Shown here piece by piece: positions 52,449 through 64,000 of a stretch of DNA of 64,000 nucleotides (position 1 is its first letter; every line of letters starts with the position of its first letter). The position numbers and the translations under genes were made by a program. Source of the stretch: Pseudomonadota bacterium (lineage in GTDB: Bacteria > Pseudomonadota > Gammaproteobacteria > PS1 > Pseudothioglobaceae). Below the pieces are notes generated by a model that made no database searches, was not told the origin of the DNA, and saw nothing but the letters and a program-made list of their open reading frames with translations. The stretch covers positions 2,359-66,358 of the forward strand of contig JAHZJR010000030.1 in the NCBI GenBank assembly GCA_022600805.1. The letters run 5' to 3'.

Positions 52449-53549
52449 ATGTCGGGCAATTCTTTTGGAAAATTATTTACAGTGACCACTGCGGGTGAAT
52501 CCCACGGTGAAGCTTTAATTGGTATCGTGGACGGCTGCCCTCCTGGTATGGCTTTATGCGAAGCTGATCTTCAGGGTGATCTTGATTTAAGAAAGCCAGG
52601 CACTTCACGCCATACGACACAACGCAGAGAAGAAGATTTGGTTAAAATTTTATCGGGCACTTTTGAAGGTAAAACCACCGGCACCTCAATTGCATTAAGC
52701 ATTCAAAATACCGATCAACGTTCTAAAGATTATGGCAATATTGCCAATACCTTTCGTCCAGGCCATGCTGATTACACCTATGACCAAAAATATGGTTTTA
52801 GAGATTATCGAGGTGGCGGCCGCTCTAGTGCTAGAGAAACAGCAATGCGTGTTGCCTGTGGCGGCATTGCCAAAAAATATCTAAAAGAAACACTGGGTAT
52901 TGAAATTAAAGGCTATTTAAAACAGCTTGGTCCTATTGAAGCTGAAACACTCGACTGGTCTGAAGTGCATAACAATCCATTCTTTTGCCCCGATGCTAGC
53001 AAAATTACTGAACTTGAAGATTATATGGATGCCTTAAGAAAATCAGGTGATTCAGTTGGTGCACGCGTTAATGTCGTAGCAACCAATATGCCTGCTGGAT
53101 TAGGCGAGCCAATCTTTGATCGACTAGAGGCAGATGTTGCTCACGCCATGATGAGTATTAATGCGGTTAAAGGCGTTGAAATTGGTGCTGGTTTTGAATC
53201 AGTCACCCAAAAAGGTACTGAGCATCGTGATGTGATTACCATGAATGGTTTTAAATCAAACCATGCAGGTGGCATATTAGGTGGTATTAGTTCTGGGCAA
53301 GACTTACTAGTTTCTATCGCGCTTAAGCCAACTTCAAGCTTGCGCCTACCTATTGAAAGTATTGATAAACAAGGCAACTCAATTGAAGTTATTACCAAAG
53401 GTCGTCACGATCCTTGTGTTGGCATTCGCGCCACTCCTATTGCTGAAGCGATGCTGGCCATGACGATTATGGATCATGTTATGCGTCATCGAGCGCAAAA
53501 TATCGATGTTCAATCTGCAACACCTGTTGTGCCGAGCACTAGCTCATAA
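52449..53549 (+). CDS. aroC: Chorismate synthase
   Basis: [39 protein letters not shown]. Confidence 0.98.
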   Translation: MSGNSFGKLFTVTTAGESHGEALIGIVDGCPPGMALCEADLQGDLDLRKPGTSRHTTQRREEDLVKILSGTFEGKTTGTSIALSIQNTDQRSKDYGNIANTFRPGHADYTYDQKYGFRDYRGGGRSSARETAMRVACGGIAKKYLKETLGIEIKGYLKQLGPIEAETLDWSEVHNNPFFCPDASKITELEDYMDALRKSGDSVGARVNVVATNMPAGLGEPIFDRLEADVAHAMMSINAVKGVEIGAGFESVTQKGTEHRDVITMNGFKSNHAGGILGGISSGQDLLVSIALKPTSSLRLPIESIDKQGNSIEVITKGRHDPCVGIRATPIAEAMLAMTIMDHVMRHRAQNIDVQSATPVVPSTSS

Positions 53550-53586
53550 TTAATTCTTCACTTTAGTCTTACCCACAAGGATAAAC

Positions 53587-55140
53587 ATGTTGTTTTCATT
53601 GATTAACAAATACGCGCCAAATAACGCCAAAAACGATATTTTATCTGGCTTAACGGTTGCTCTAGCCTTAGTACCAGAAGCAGTTGCTTTTGCCATCATT
53701 GCCGGCGTCAATCCACTGGTTGGCTTGTATGCCGCCTTTACTATTGGCTTAGTTACCTCAATTTCAGGCGGTCGCCCAGGTATGATTTCTGGCGCAACTG
53801 GCGCTATTGCTGTAGTAATCGCTCCCTTAATTGCTTTAATTATTGATCAAGGCGGCACACTAGAACAAGCCACAGAATATTTATTTGCTGCGGTAATTTT
53901 GGCTGGCATCTTGCAAATGTTATTTGGTGTGCTTAAATTTGGTAAATTTATTCGCCTAGTTCCTCATCCGGTTTTCTTAGGCTTTGTTAACGGCATTGCA
54001 CTGGTTATTTTTGCCGGACAAATTAAACAATTTGAATTAGAAGATGGTAGCTGGATTACAGGCGAACCCCTAATAACTATGCTTGCAATAGCTGCTGCAA
54101 CAATGGCAGTTATTTATTTCTTACCAAAAATTACCAAAACTGTACCTGCAATTTTGGTCGCTGTTATTGCAGGAACTTTAGCCGTTATATTTCTTGGAAT
54201 TGAGACTCGCACTGTGGGTGATATCGCATCCATTAAAGGCGGATTTCCATCGCTTAGCATACCGAATGTGCCATTTGATTGGGATATGCTAACATTAATT
54301 TTTCCTTTTGCGGTAACCATTGCAGCAGTAGGCTTAATTGAAAGCCTACTGACCTTGAATCTCATTGATGACATCACTGAAACCACAGGTCAACCAAATC
54401 GAGAAAGTGTTGGCCAAGGTCTTGCAAACTCAGCAACTGGTTTTTTTGGTGGCATGGGTGGCTGTGCAATGGTGGGCCAAAGTATTATTAATGTCAATTC
54501 AGGTGGACGTGGTCGCTTATCTGGCGTTGTCGCCTCATTAGCACTACTAGCTTTTATTGTTTATTTATCTGAATATGTAGAAATGATTCCTATTGCTGTT
54601 TTAGTTGGCGTCATGATGATGGTGGTTATTGGCACTTTTCAATGGTGCACCCTAAGATTATTTGGGAAAATACCTGTGTTAGATATTATTACGGGTATTT
54701 CAGTTGCAGTGATCACCCTATGGACTAGCGATTTAGCTTTAGCGGTCGTAGTAGGTGTTATTTTATCTGCACTGTCTTTTGCTTGGGAGTCTGCTAGCAA
54801 GATTTATATCAATAAAGATCAAAATAGTAATGGCGACAACATCTATAAAGTTAAAGGTACTCTATTCTTTGCTTCAAAAGAACATTTTCAAGAGTTGTTC
54901 GATCCTAAATCGGATACAGATAACGTGTATGTTGATTTTGAAGAGGCTAGAGCATTAGACCATTCCGCTATTCAGGCTATTGATAAATTAGCTGAACGCT
55001 ACAAACGAGTGGGAAAAACCCTGCATTTGCAACATTTGAGTGCTGAATGTCGACTACTCTTAAAAACCGCTAAAAATCTTGTTGAAGTGAACATTTTAGA
55101 GGATCCAAAATATCATGTAGCTGATGATAAACTTTCTTAG
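53587..55140 (+). CDS. SulP/SLC26 anion permease with STAS domain
   Basis: GLTVALALVPEAVAF, GRPGMISGATGA, GGMGGCAMVGQS, C-terminal STAS (GTLFFAS, LDHSAI). Confidence 0.93.
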   Translation: MLFSLINKYAPNNAKNDILSGLTVALALVPEAVAFAIIAGVNPLVGLYAAFTIGLVTSISGGRPGMISGATGAIAVVIAPLIALIIDQGGTLEQATEYLFAAVILAGILQMLFGVLKFGKFIRLVPHPVFLGFVNGIALVIFAGQIKQFELEDGSWITGEPLITMLAIAAATMAVIYFLPKITKTVPAILVAVIAGTLAVIFLGIETRTVGDIASIKGGFPSLSIPNVPFDWDMLTLIFPFAVTIAAVGLIESLLTLNLIDDITETTGQPNRESVGQGLANSATGFFGGMGGCAMVGQSIINVNSGGRGRLSGVVASLALLAFIVYLSEYVEMIPIAVLVGVMMMVVIGTFQWCTLRLFGKIPVLDIITGISVAVITLWTSDLALAVVVGVILSALSFAWESASKIYINKDQNSNGDNIYKVKGTLFFASKEHFQELFDPKSDTDNVYVDFEEARALDHSAIQAIDKLAERYKRVGKTLHLQHLSAECRLLLKTAKNLVEVNILEDPKYHVADDKLS

Positions 55141-55236
55141 TTACTTTTATGATTAAAACTTATTTTGAACCTTGATTAATATCACGACTTACTTTATATT
55201 AACTCTTGTAGTTTAATTTATTATCTGGGAAGAGGT

Positions 55237-55728
55237 ATGAAAAATACATTACTAATCACGCTATTAGTCTCGACTAGTGTGTTTGCTAATCAGCCATTTC
55301 AAAATAATTTTTTTGATCGAGGCTTTCACCAAAGCGTCTGGTCAAACTTTAATCAACAATTTCAACAATTTAATAACGAAATGCGCGCTGTGCAAAATCG
55401 CAATATTTTTGGTGCACAGACCAAACGATATTTTGACGAGCAGTCAAATCGCTACATGATTGAAATTGAGGTGCAAGGCTTAGCCAAGAAAGATCTAGAT
55501 ATTACTAGTGAAAATGGCATGATTCACATCAAGGGTCATGTGAAAAAAATAGAAAAAATGGGCAATAACACCCGCACTTCATCAAATCAATTTTCACAGT
55601 CTTATTCGCTACCAAACGATGCAGATGCAAACAATATTGGTGCAGAGTTTAAAAATAGCTGTTTGGTTATTTCTATCCCAAAATTAGTAAACACAACCCC
55701 TATTGTTAAGCAAATAACCGTTCAATAA
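55237..55728 (+). CDS. Hsp20/alpha-crystallin protein with signal peptide
   Basis: YMIEIEVQGLAKKDLDI, FSQSYSLPNDAD...AEFKNSCLVISIPK; N-terminus MKNTLLITLLVSTSVFA. Confidence 0.82.
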   Translation: MKNTLLITLLVSTSVFANQPFQNNFFDRGFHQSVWSNFNQQFQQFNNEMRAVQNRNIFGAQTKRYFDEQSNRYMIEIEVQGLAKKDLDITSENGMIHIKGHVKKIEKMGNNTRTSSNQFSQSYSLPNDADANNIGAEFKNSCLVISIPKLVNTTPIVKQITVQ

Positions 55729-55732
55729 ACAT

Positions 55733-56371
55733 CTATTTTCCTTTTTCATCTCCCCAAAGCAATTTATGCATTTGCACCTGCATGCGTACATTTAATTGGG
55801 CATCAATAATCCAATCGGCTAATTGCGTTGGAGTAATTTGATCAAACACTGGAGAGAATAGCACGCCTGCTTGTGTGGGGTATTGCTTTAAAGTATTAAC
55901 ACTCCAGTCAAAATCATGGCGTGACCCGATAACAAATTTAAGTTGATCTTTTTCTTGAAGTTTTTCAACGTTGCTATACAAATTTTGACTTTCTTCATTA
56001 GAGCTAGGTGTTTTAACATCCATCACAATAGAAACATCTGGATTAATCTCTGAAATATCAAGACTGCCACTCGTTTCCAAGCTAACGTGGTAATTATCTT
56101 TAACCAGCGTATCTAACAAAATATGGCAATTTATTTGCGCTAAAGGCTCACCACCTGTAACACAAACATAGCGAGTGTTGTATTGCCTAACTTCTGTCAT
56201 AATTGCATCAATACTCATCAAATTATTGCCTTTAAAGGCATACTCAGTATCACAATAAGAACAGCGCAATGGACAGCCAGTTAGCCGAATAAAGACACTA
56301 GGCAGCCCAACTTCTCGCGCCTCACCTTGTAGTGAATAAAAAATTTCAGTAATATTTAAATTGGTATTCAT
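55733..56371 (-). CDS. queE: 7-carboxy-7-deazaguanine synthase
   Basis: [37 protein letters not shown]. Confidence 0.93.
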   Translation of the reverse strand: MNTNLNITEIFYSLQGEAREVGLPSVFIRLTGCPLRCSYCDTEYAFKGNNLMSIDAIMTEVRQYNTRYVCVTGGEPLAQINCHILLDTLVKDNYHVSLETSGSLDISEINPDVSIVMDVKTPSSNEESQNLYSNVEKLQEKDQLKFVIGSRHDFDWSVNTLKQYPTQAGVLFSPVFDQITPTQLADWIIDAQLNVRMQVQMHKLLWGDEKGK

Positions 56372-58362
56372 AAGGCAGTTTTAAATTGGGAGTCTTTTAA
56401 TGTTTTTATTTGATTACGTATATCTGCAGCTCTTTCAAACTCTAAGTCACTGGCTAGCTTATACATCTGCTTTTCTAATAATTTAATCTCTTTAGCCAAT
56501 TGCACGGGTGACAATTGAGCCATGACGGATTCGTTATTATTTTCGCTTATTTCTTCACTGGTTAAGTCCGTTTCCAAAATATTAATAATAGGCTTAACAA
56601 CGCCTGTTGGTGTGATGTTATTTTTCTGATTATGTCGCTGTTGTTTGTCACGTCTTCTGAGCGTTTCATCCATGGCCTTTTTCATCGATTTGGTAATTCG
56701 ATCAGCATACAAAATTGCTTTGCCATTCACATTTCTAGCCGCCCTACCCATGGTTTGGATGAGTGATCTTTCTGAGCGTAAAAAGCCTTCTTTATCTGCA
56801 TCCAATATCGCCACTAAAGAAACTTCAGGAATATCTAAACCTTCTCTAAGTAAATTAATACCCACCAGCACATCAAATACACCTAAACGCAAATCTCGGA
56901 TAATTTCTACTCGTTCAACTGTATCAATATCGGAATGTAGGTAGCGAACTTTAATTCCATGCTCGTTCAAATACTCGCTAAGTTGTTCAGACATTTTTTT
57001 AGTCAATGTGGTTACCAATACGCGATCACCTACCTTTACACGCTTATTAATTTCACTGAGTAGGTCATCTACCTGAGTGCCCACCGGTCTAACTTCAATT
57101 TCAGGATCTAGTAAGCCTGTTGGACGCACCACCTGCTCTGCAATCGTACTAGAAACATCAAACTCATACTGGGATGGCGTTGCTGATACCAAAATACATT
57201 GATGAATGCGATCTTCAAACTCATTATATTTTAAAGGTCGGTTATCCAGTGCAGAGGGTAGGCGAAATCCAAACTCCACTAATGTCTTTTTGCGCGCCCT
57301 ATCGCCGTTATACATGCCACCAATTTGACTCACAGTGACGTGTGATTCATCCAAAATAATCAAAGAATTTTCAGGCAGATAATCTAGTAAAGTAGGTGGC
57401 GGATCGCCTGGATTGCGTGAAGATAGATAGCGCGAATAATTTTCAATACCCGTGCAATATCCCAACTCACGCATCATCTCGATATCCATGTGCACACGCT
57501 GAGTTAGTCGCTGCTCTTCTACAAGCTTATTTAAAGATAACAGCTCACCTCGACGATCTTTAAGCTCTGCTTTAATATCATCCAGCATATTTAAAATTTT
57601 AGATTTTGGCGTCACATAATGGGTTTGCGGATAAATAGTTACCCGTTGTAAAGATTTTAGGCGTTCACCTGTTAATGGATCAAACCAATATAATCGCTCA
57701 ATTTCTTCATCAAACATCTCAACGCGTAGGGCTTGCTCTTCTGAGTCTGCTGGAAAAATATCAATCACCTCGCCTTTGACACGAAAACACCCTCTTAATA
57801 AAGTCACGTCATTACGTGTATATTGCATTTGCGATAAGCGCGACAATATCTCCCTTTGATTGGAGATCTCACCCACACTTAAATGCAGCAACATCGACAT
57901 ATAACTCTCAGGATCGCCCAAACCATAAATAGCTGAAACGCTGGCAATAATAATAACATCATCACGCTCTAAAAGAGATTTGGTTGCAGACAAGCGCATT
58001 TGCTCAATTTGCTCATTAATTGACGAATCTTTTTCAATGAATGTATCGGAAGCTGGCACATAGGCTTCAGGCTGATAATAATCATAATAAGAAACAAAAT
58101 ACTCCACCGCATTATGCGGGAAAAACTCTTTCATCTCAGCATACAATTGAGCGGCCAATGTTTTATTAGGTGCCATAATCAAACTAGGACGCTTAGTTTG
58201 CTTAATAACATTTGCCAATGTAAAAGTCTTACCTGAACCAGTCACGCCCAGCAAAGTTTGAAACTTCTCGCCTGCATTGACACCAGAAACCAATGCGTCA
58301 ATCGCACTCGGTTGATCACCACTTGGTGAAAATTGTGATTCTAGTTGAAATTTCTTGCCCAC
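56368..58362 (-). CDS. uvrB: Excinuclease ABC subunit B
   Basis: [42 protein letters not shown]-terminal UVR domain. GTG 58362 preferred over TTG 58416. Confidence 0.97.
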   Translation of the reverse strand: MGKKFQLESQFSPSGDQPSAIDALVSGVNAGEKFQTLLGVTGSGKTFTLANVIKQTKRPSLIMAPNKTLAAQLYAEMKEFFPHNAVEYFVSYYDYYQPEAYVPASDTFIEKDSSINEQIEQMRLSATKSLLERDDVIIIASVSAIYGLGDPESYMSMLLHLSVGEISNQREILSRLSQMQYTRNDVTLLRGCFRVKGEVIDIFPADSEEQALRVEMFDEEIERLYWFDPLTGERLKSLQRVTIYPQTHYVTPKSKILNMLDDIKAELKDRRGELLSLNKLVEEQRLTQRVHMDIEMMRELGYCTGIENYSRYLSSRNPGDPPPTLLDYLPENSLIILDESHVTVSQIGGMYNGDRARKKTLVEFGFRLPSALDNRPLKYNEFEDRIHQCILVSATPSQYEFDVSSTIAEQVVRPTGLLDPEIEVRPVGTQVDDLLSEINKRVKVGDRVLVTTLTKKMSEQLSEYLNEHGIKVRYLHSDIDTVERVEIIRDLRLGVFDVLVGINLLREGLDIPEVSLVAILDADKEGFLRSERSLIQTMGRAARNVNGKAILYADRITKSMKKAMDETLRRRDKQQRHNQKNNITPTGVVKPIINILETDLTSEEISENNNESVMAQLSPVQLAKEIKLLEKQMYKLASDLEFERAADIRNQIKTLKDSQFKTAL

Positions 58363-58421
58363 TGTCGGTTTTTTTTCATTAACATAAACACTCAATTTTA
58401 ATCTATTTTTTATCAAAAATT

Positions 58422-59597
58422 ATGTCAGAGTTTCTCTCTCAAAGAGTTCAAAAAGTTAAACCTTCAGCGACCTTAGCAGTCACTGCAAAAGCCAATGAAT
58501 TAAAATCTAAGGGTATTCAAATTGTACCAATGGGTTCAGGGGAGCCAGATTTTGACACACCTATTAACATTCAAAAGGCAGCCATTCAAGCAATTAACAA
58601 TGGTGAAACAAGATATACAGCTGTTGACGGCACGCCTGTATTAAAGCAAGCCATTATTGATAAATTTAAACGCGAAAACAACCTAGACTACACAGCCACG
58701 GAAGTTATGGTTTCGTCAGGTGGTAAACAAGTTTTTTACAATCTATGTCAGGCTGTCCTAGACGAAGGCGATGAGGTTATTATTCCAGCACCTTATTGGG
58801 TTAGTTATCCTGATATGGTTATTTTGGCTGACGCTACACCAGTTGTAGTAAAAACAGGACTGGAGCAAGACTTTAAAATTACGCCTGAACAACTAAAAGC
58901 CAATATTAGCAATAAAACCAAGCTTTTTATTATTAATAGCCCTTCTAATCCTACTGGTGCAGTTTATACACACGCTGAATTGCAAGCTTTGGCTGATGTT
59001 CTTAAAAACCATCCTAAAATACTAATCATTACCGACGATATTTACGAACATATTCGTTGGGGAAATGAGCGTTTTATCAATATAGTGATGGTTGAGCCTC
59101 AGCTAAAAGATCGCACCATTATTCTCAATGGCGTTTCTAAAGGCTACGCTATGACTGGCTGGCGTATTGGTTATGGCGCTGGGCCAGAGTCCGTTATTAA
59201 GGCCATGAAAAAAATCCAAGGCCAATCAACCTCTAATCCCTGTTCAATTGCACAAGCAGCAGCTCTAGAAGCGCTAAATGGCGATCAAAGTATTATTGAT
59301 ATAATGGTTGGTGCTTTTGAGGAGCGTCATGAGTACATTGTCAATGCGCTCAACGCTATTGAAGGCGTTGAATGTCCGAGATCACAAGGTGCTTTTTATT
59401 CTTTCCCAAGAGTTGAAGGTTTAATTAAGCGCTTAGATCTTAAAGACGATGTAGAATTTTCTACTTACTGCTTAGAAAAACTTAATATCGCCCTAGTGCC
59501 TGGTTCAGCATTTGGCGCGCCTGGTTATGTGCGTTTTTCATTTGCCACTAGTATGGATAATATTAAGCAAGCTGTAGAAAGGCTCGCAAGCGTCTAA
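58422..59597 (+). CDS. aspC: Class I/II PLP aminotransferase (aspartate aminotransferase)
   Basis: GEPDFDTP, PYWVSY, NSPSNPTG, DDIYE, SKGYAMTGWRIG. Confidence 0.88.
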   Translation: MSEFLSQRVQKVKPSATLAVTAKANELKSKGIQIVPMGSGEPDFDTPINIQKAAIQAINNGETRYTAVDGTPVLKQAIIDKFKRENNLDYTATEVMVSSGGKQVFYNLCQAVLDEGDEVIIPAPYWVSYPDMVILADATPVVVKTGLEQDFKITPEQLKANISNKTKLFIINSPSNPTGAVYTHAELQALADVLKNHPKILIITDDIYEHIRWGNERFINIVMVEPQLKDRTIILNGVSKGYAMTGWRIGYGAGPESVIKAMKKIQGQSTSNPCSIAQAAALEALNGDQSIIDIMVGAFEERHEYIVNALNAIEGVECPRSQGAFYSFPRVEGLIKRLDLKDDVEFSTYCLEKLNIALVPGSAFGAPGYVRFSFATSMDNIKQAVERLASV

Positions 59598-59633
59598 ACC
59601 AAGGTTTAAATATTAAAAAAACCGTTAAACTTA

Positions 59634-61814
59634 TCAAGAAGATTTATTGCGTCTTTGCTTCTTTTTGGCGGTCTTGACAGAGATGCGATGATGGAAATCG
59701 TTATGTCGCTTACGTGAATGTTGCGATTTGGTCTTCTTAGTTACATTAGTGTAAGGCACTAAGCACTCCTCACCATTACCAATTAAATCACTACGCCCCA
59801 TCTGTTTTAGCGCTTGTCGTAAAACATCCCAATTATCAGGATCGTGATAACGTAAAAAAGCTTTATGCAATTTTCGCTGTTGACCACTACGCGGTGTCTT
59901 TACTGCCTCTGAGTGTCGAGTAATCTTCTTCAGCGGGTTAAGCTCACTATGGTACATAGCAGAAGCTATTGCCATCGGCGTAGGAATAAAAGCTTGCACT
60001 TGGTCGGGCTTAAAATCATTACGCTTTAACCATAGTGCCAAATTCAACATATCTTTGTCACTTGTTCCGGGGTGTGATGAAATAAAGTAAGGAATTAAGT
60101 ACTGCTCCTTTCCTGCTTGCTTGGAATAGCGCTCAAATAATTTCTTAAATTGATAATAAGAACCAATCCCTGGCTTCATCATTTTTGACAAGGTGTTGTC
60201 TTCAGTATGTTCAGGCGCAATTTTTAAGCGTCCACCTACGTGATGAGTGACTAATTCTTTAATATATTCAGGATCACGTACTGCCAAATCATAACGCAAA
60301 CCTGAGGCAATAAAAATACGTTTAATGCCTTTTAGCTGTCGTGCACGTTTGTATAATTTAGTCAGTGGCTTATGATCTGTTCCCAAATTAGGACAAATTC
60401 CTGGATAAACACAGCTCAGACGGCGACACGCAGATTCGATTTTTTCATCTTTACATTGCAAGCGATACATATTAGCCGTTGGGCCGCCAAGATCAGAAAT
60501 ATTACCTTTGAAATCCTTATCATTGTCACGAATAGTTTCAATTTCACGAATCACTGAATCTTCTGAACGACTCTGAATAATACGCCCTTCATGTTCAGTA
60601 ATAGAACAAAAAGTACAACCACCAAAACAACCACGCATAATATTAATTGAATGACGGATCATATCAAAAGCTGGGATTTTCAGCTCACCATAAACAGTAT
60701 GTGGTTTGCGTGTATAAGGTAATTCAAACACGCCATCAAACTCTTCCATCGATAAGGGAATCGGTGGCGGGTTTAGCCAAACATCGCGCTCACCATGACG
60801 CTGTACCAATGCTCTTGCATTGCCTGGATTTGTTTCTAAATGAAAAACACGAGACGTGTGTGCGTACAAATAGCGATCTTTTGCCACTTGCTCAAAAGAA
60901 GGCAGCCTAATTACTGTATTTTCTCGCTTCAAGTCTTTTGTGCGCTGGCCAAAATCCAGGACCTGAGCTGCCCCTTGATTCGGATCAAGCTTGTCAACTT
61001 TGGACTGGGCGCTATTGCTAGCGCAATTTTGAGAGTTCTTGCTTGATGTATCTGCATAAGGATCTGTGTGCGGATGATCTAGGCTTTTTTCAGTATCAAT
61101 CTCGCTTGAATCTAAAACTGTCCAGCCTTCAGGAATTCCTTGTCGCATAAAAGCTGTACCACGAATATCAGTCATTTGTTTAATAGCTTCGCCTGATGCT
61201 ACTCGATGTGCCACCTCAACCACAGCACGCTCAGCATTACCAAAAATCAATAAATCTGCTTTGGAATCAGGCAGAATAGAGCGACGGATAGTTTGTGACC
61301 AATGATCATATTGTGCAATTCGCCGCAAACTAGCCTCAATGCCGCCAATAATCACAGGAATACCTTTATAGGCCTCTTTAGCGCGTTGGGTATAAACAGT
61401 GGTGGCTCGATCAGGGCGTTTTCCAGCCTCAGCACCTGCTGTATAAGCATCATCAGAACGTGGTTTTTTCTCAGCCGTATAATGATTCACCATAGAATCC
61501 ATATTGCCCGAAGCAACAGCGAAAAATAAATTTGGCTTGCCTAACTGTCGAAAGTCATCGGCTGAATGCCAATCAGGCTGGGAAATAATACCCACTCGAA
61601 ATCCTTGAGACTCTAGCAAACGACCAATGATGGCCATACCAAAACTCGGATGATCAACATATGCATCGCCAGTAACAATAATAATGTCGCAACTATCCCA
61701 GCCCAATTCATCCATTTCCTGACTTGACATCGGCAATAGCTTCGCAGGAACAAGACCTTTCTTGTGAGGCCAAAATTTTGGATATGAATACAGATTTTTT
61801 GGTGCTAATAGCAT
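59634..61814 (-). CDS. ygiQ: YgiQ-family radical SAM protein
   Basis: [39 protein letters not shown]. Confidence 0.92.
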   Translation of the reverse strand: MLLAPKNLYSYPKFWPHKKGLVPAKLLPMSSQEMDELGWDSCDIIIVTGDAYVDHPSFGMAIIGRLLESQGFRVGIISQPDWHSADDFRQLGKPNLFFAVASGNMDSMVNHYTAEKKPRSDDAYTAGAEAGKRPDRATTVYTQRAKEAYKGIPVIIGGIEASLRRIAQYDHWSQTIRRSILPDSKADLLIFGNAERAVVEVAHRVASGEAIKQMTDIRGTAFMRQGIPEGWTVLDSSEIDTEKSLDHPHTDPYADTSSKNSQNCASNSAQSKVDKLDPNQGAAQVLDFGQRTKDLKRENTVIRLPSFEQVAKDRYLYAHTSRVFHLETNPGNARALVQRHGERDVWLNPPPIPLSMEEFDGVFELPYTRKPHTVYGELKIPAFDMIRHSINIMRGCFGGCTFCSITEHEGRIIQSRSEDSVIREIETIRDNDKDFKGNISDLGGPTANMYRLQCKDEKIESACRRLSCVYPGICPNLGTDHKPLTKLYKRARQLKGIKRIFIASGLRYDLAVRDPEYIKELVTHHVGGRLKIAPEHTEDNTLSKMMKPGIGSYYQFKKLFERYSKQAGKEQYLIPYFISSHPGTSDKDMLNLALWLKRNDFKPDQVQAFIPTPMAIASAMYHSELNPLKKITRHSEAVKTPRSGQQRKLHKAFLRYHDPDNWDVLRQALKQMGRSDLIGNGEECLVPYTNVTKKTKSQHSRKRHNDFHHRISVKTAKKKQRRNKSS

Positions 61815-62075
61815 GATGCTAGAGTATACAGTAAGCCACTAATGGTTTACTAATCGTAAAATATAGGGTTATTTACATCAATTCTAACAACCATGAGTTT
61901 CAGTCATAAACAATCTAAAACAAACAAATTTAAAAGTTGCAACTTTAGAGGCTTTTGATTCGTGCAAAAAGGGATCCTAATAGGGCTACTTACAAGTTAT
62001 TTATTAAAAGTGCCTAATGCTTAAATTCTGCTTTTATTGAGTGTTGTTTTTAGGAAAATTTCAATTTAATGCAAA

Positions 62076-62921
62076 TTATTTAAACAAATCCTTTAAAGCG
62101 CTATCTATATTCGCAAAATTAAATTTAAATCCATGCTTTAACAGTTTTTTTGGGCTTACTGCCAAACTTTTCAATAAGACCTCACTCCCTTCTCCAAATA
62201 ATAATTTTAATTGCCATGGAAATGTTTTAATAAAGAATGGCCTGCTTATAGTTTTAGATAAAGCTTTGCCAAAATCTTTCTGATTAATTAAATCTGGGGA
62301 TGTTAGATTATAAATACCATTAATATTTTTATCAATTCCAAACTGAATGGCGTTAACTAGATCTTGTATATGAATCCATGGAAAGCACTGGGCACCATCT
62401 CCTATTGGCCCTCCAGCCCCTAAGCGGTACATTGGAAGCATCTCCTTTAATGCTCCACCATTTTTACTTAAAACAACCCCAAATCGAAATATTAATGCCT
62501 TCGAACTAATGTTAAGCATCTCTTGTTCCCAATTATCAGCCAAAATGGATAAGAAATCAGATCCAGGCTTTTTATATGACTCATCAAAAGGTTTTTTGCA
62601 ATTTGATTCTGGATAAAAACCTACTGCAGACGCACATATTAATTTAGGTCTATTGTATGATTGGTTGTAGATTTTTGCTAATTTTTGATTGGTTTTAATC
62701 CTGCTATTCCAAATCTCTTCTTTATACTTTTTCGTCCATCTTTTTGCTATGGTTGCACCACTTAATTGTATTAAAAGATCTGACCACTCAATGTACTCTT
62801 TTAGCAATTTTTGTTGATTGTAAATCCCCCTGCCTAAAGCTTTAACTTCATGATTAAGTGCAAAATGACTTACCAGTGCCTTGCCAACTAACCCTGTACC
62901 ACCAAGTATTAAAATTTTCAT
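62076..62921 (-). CDS. TIGR01777/YfcH-family NAD-dependent epimerase-like protein
   Basis: GGTGLVG, SASAVGFY-like ASAVGFY, WEQE, RFGVVL, GDGAQCFPWIHIQD, GFKFNF. Confidence 0.9.
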   Translation of the reverse strand: MKILILGGTGLVGKALVSHFALNHEVKALGRGIYNQQKLLKEYIEWSDLLIQLSGATIAKRWTKKYKEEIWNSRIKTNQKLAKIYNQSYNRPKLICASAVGFYPESNCKKPFDESYKKPGSDFLSILADNWEQEMLNISSKALIFRFGVVLSKNGGALKEMLPMYRLGAGGPIGDGAQCFPWIHIQDLVNAIQFGIDKNINGIYNLTSPDLINQKDFGKALSKTISRPFFIKTFPWQLKLLFGEGSEVLLKSLAVSPKKLLKHGFKFNFANIDSALKDLFK

Positions 62922-62924
62922 TTT

Positions 62925-63962
62925 TTATTCAACCCAATCTTTCGTTTTCTTTTTAATTAACTTACAAATAAATTTTATATGATCATTAGCGTCATTTAGC
63001 GCTGGAATGTATTGATATTTTTCCCCACCTGAATCCATAAAATATTCTCTATTTTCTTCCTCGATTTCTTCAATTGTTTCGAGACAATCTGCCGAAAAAC
63101 CAGGGCAAATTATTTGTACATTTTTAATGCCCTTTTTTGGCAGTAATTTTAATGTTTCATCGGTGTATTCTTTTATCCACTCTTCCCTTCCAAAACGCGA
63201 TTGAAAAGTCATCTTGTACTTGCTAGAATCTATGCCAAGTTTTTGGGACAACAAAAAACTTGTCTTACAACAATGACACGGATAATTATCCCCATTATCA
63301 AAGTATCGTCTAGGAATGCCGTGATATGACATAATTAACAAATCAGGCTTCGCATGCTTTTCCTGGAAGTTCTTCACACTATTAGCAAGCGCTGATATAT
63401 AGCCCTCCTCCTCATGGTAATGATCAATAAAACGAAGCTCTGGCACTCTTCTCCAGGTTTTAATTTCATCAGTAACCGCATCAAAAGTCGACCCTGTTGT
63501 TGCCGATGCATACTGAGGATAAAGTGGCAATACAATAATTTTTTTACACCCTTTTTTTTCAAGCTTTTTGAGCGCTGATGAAATTGACGGGTTACCATAC
63601 CTCATTCCTAATTCAACTTGAAACAAAGACACCTTCTTGTTATTTAAATTCTGATCGACAAGTTGTGACTGTTTGTTTGATATATCTAATAATGGAGATC
63701 CTTTTCCAAATTTACCCCAAACTGATTTGTATGCTTCTGCAGATTTCTTAGGCCTTGTATTTAAAATAATTAAATTTAAAATCGCTTTCCATATGAACCT
63801 TGCAGGAGGAGGCTCTACGACTCGAGTATCGGATAAAAACTCTTTAAGATAAATCTTCAATGATTTTTTTTCTGGTAAATCGGGCGTTCCTAAGTTAGTA
63901 ATTAATACACCAATTTTTGCTTTATTGGCGGGCTCATATTTTTGTGTGCATTGGTAAATCAT
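62925..63962 (-). CDS. hemH: Ferrochelatase
   Basis: NLGTP, FLSD, GSPLL, GMRYGNP, LYPQY, SYHGIP, FQSRFG, GFSADCLETIEE. Confidence 0.96.
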   Translation of the reverse strand: MIYQCTQKYEPANKAKIGVLITNLGTPDLPEKKSLKIYLKEFLSDTRVVEPPPARFIWKAILNLIILNTRPKKSAEAYKSVWGKFGKGSPLLDISNKQSQLVDQNLNNKKVSLFQVELGMRYGNPSISSALKKLEKKGCKKIIVLPLYPQYASATTGSTFDAVTDEIKTWRRVPELRFIDHYHEEEGYISALANSVKNFQEKHAKPDLLIMSYHGIPRRYFDNGDNYPCHCCKTSFLLSQKLGIDSSKYKMTFQSRFGREEWIKEYTDETLKLLPKKGIKNVQIICPGFSADCLETIEEIEEENREYFMDSGGEKYQYIPALNDANDHIKFICKLIKKKTKDWVE

Positions 63963-64000
63963 CAGTTTTATATATTGGCTCTTAGGGCCAAAGCTTGCGG

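Noticed and set aside
61815-62075. Short broken frames between ygiQ and TIGR01777
   Set aside because: Possibly decayed coding DNA, but no family could be recognised.

Overview
A gene-dense, mostly housekeeping segment of a gammaproteobacterial chromosome. The protein sequences and gene order look most like the SUP05/Thioglobaceae sulfur oxidisers (Thioglobus, Ruthia, Vesicomyosocius); this is from recall, not a database search. It holds about 62 CDS (valS 3' part, guaB, metY, aceE, algC, mgtE, hpf, argD/argF, queH, leuA, ilvIHC, lpxC, ftsA, dusA, pepN, uppP, rne, aroE, pdxH, ubiM, pyrF, oxyR, aroC, queE, uvrB, hemH and others), tRNA-Val(GAC), tRNA-Arg(CCT) and several terminators. I found no integrase, transposase, CRISPR array, prophage or defence module, and I cannot support a claim of a new multi-gene system. 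The most interesting signals lie outside the ORF track or inside individual proteins. (1) pepN has no ATG/GTG/TTG for its conserved N-terminus, but has an ATT codon 7 nt after an AGGAG inside uppP. (2) ftsA abuts lpxC with no ftsZ between them. (3) A 28-bp dif-like Xer site sits at 6697-6724. (4) Two eroded pseudogenes (group II truncated globin, DsrE-family protein) flank a cyanobacteria-like 2OG-Fe(II) oxygenase. (5) A Pol III psi/UDG4-like hybrid protein follows leuA. (6) A BacNav channel has a TFEDWTD filter. (7) An Hsp20 carries a signal peptide. (8) OxyR lacks the canonical resolving Cys. (9) Two AT-rich blocks carry haem and peroxide stress genes.
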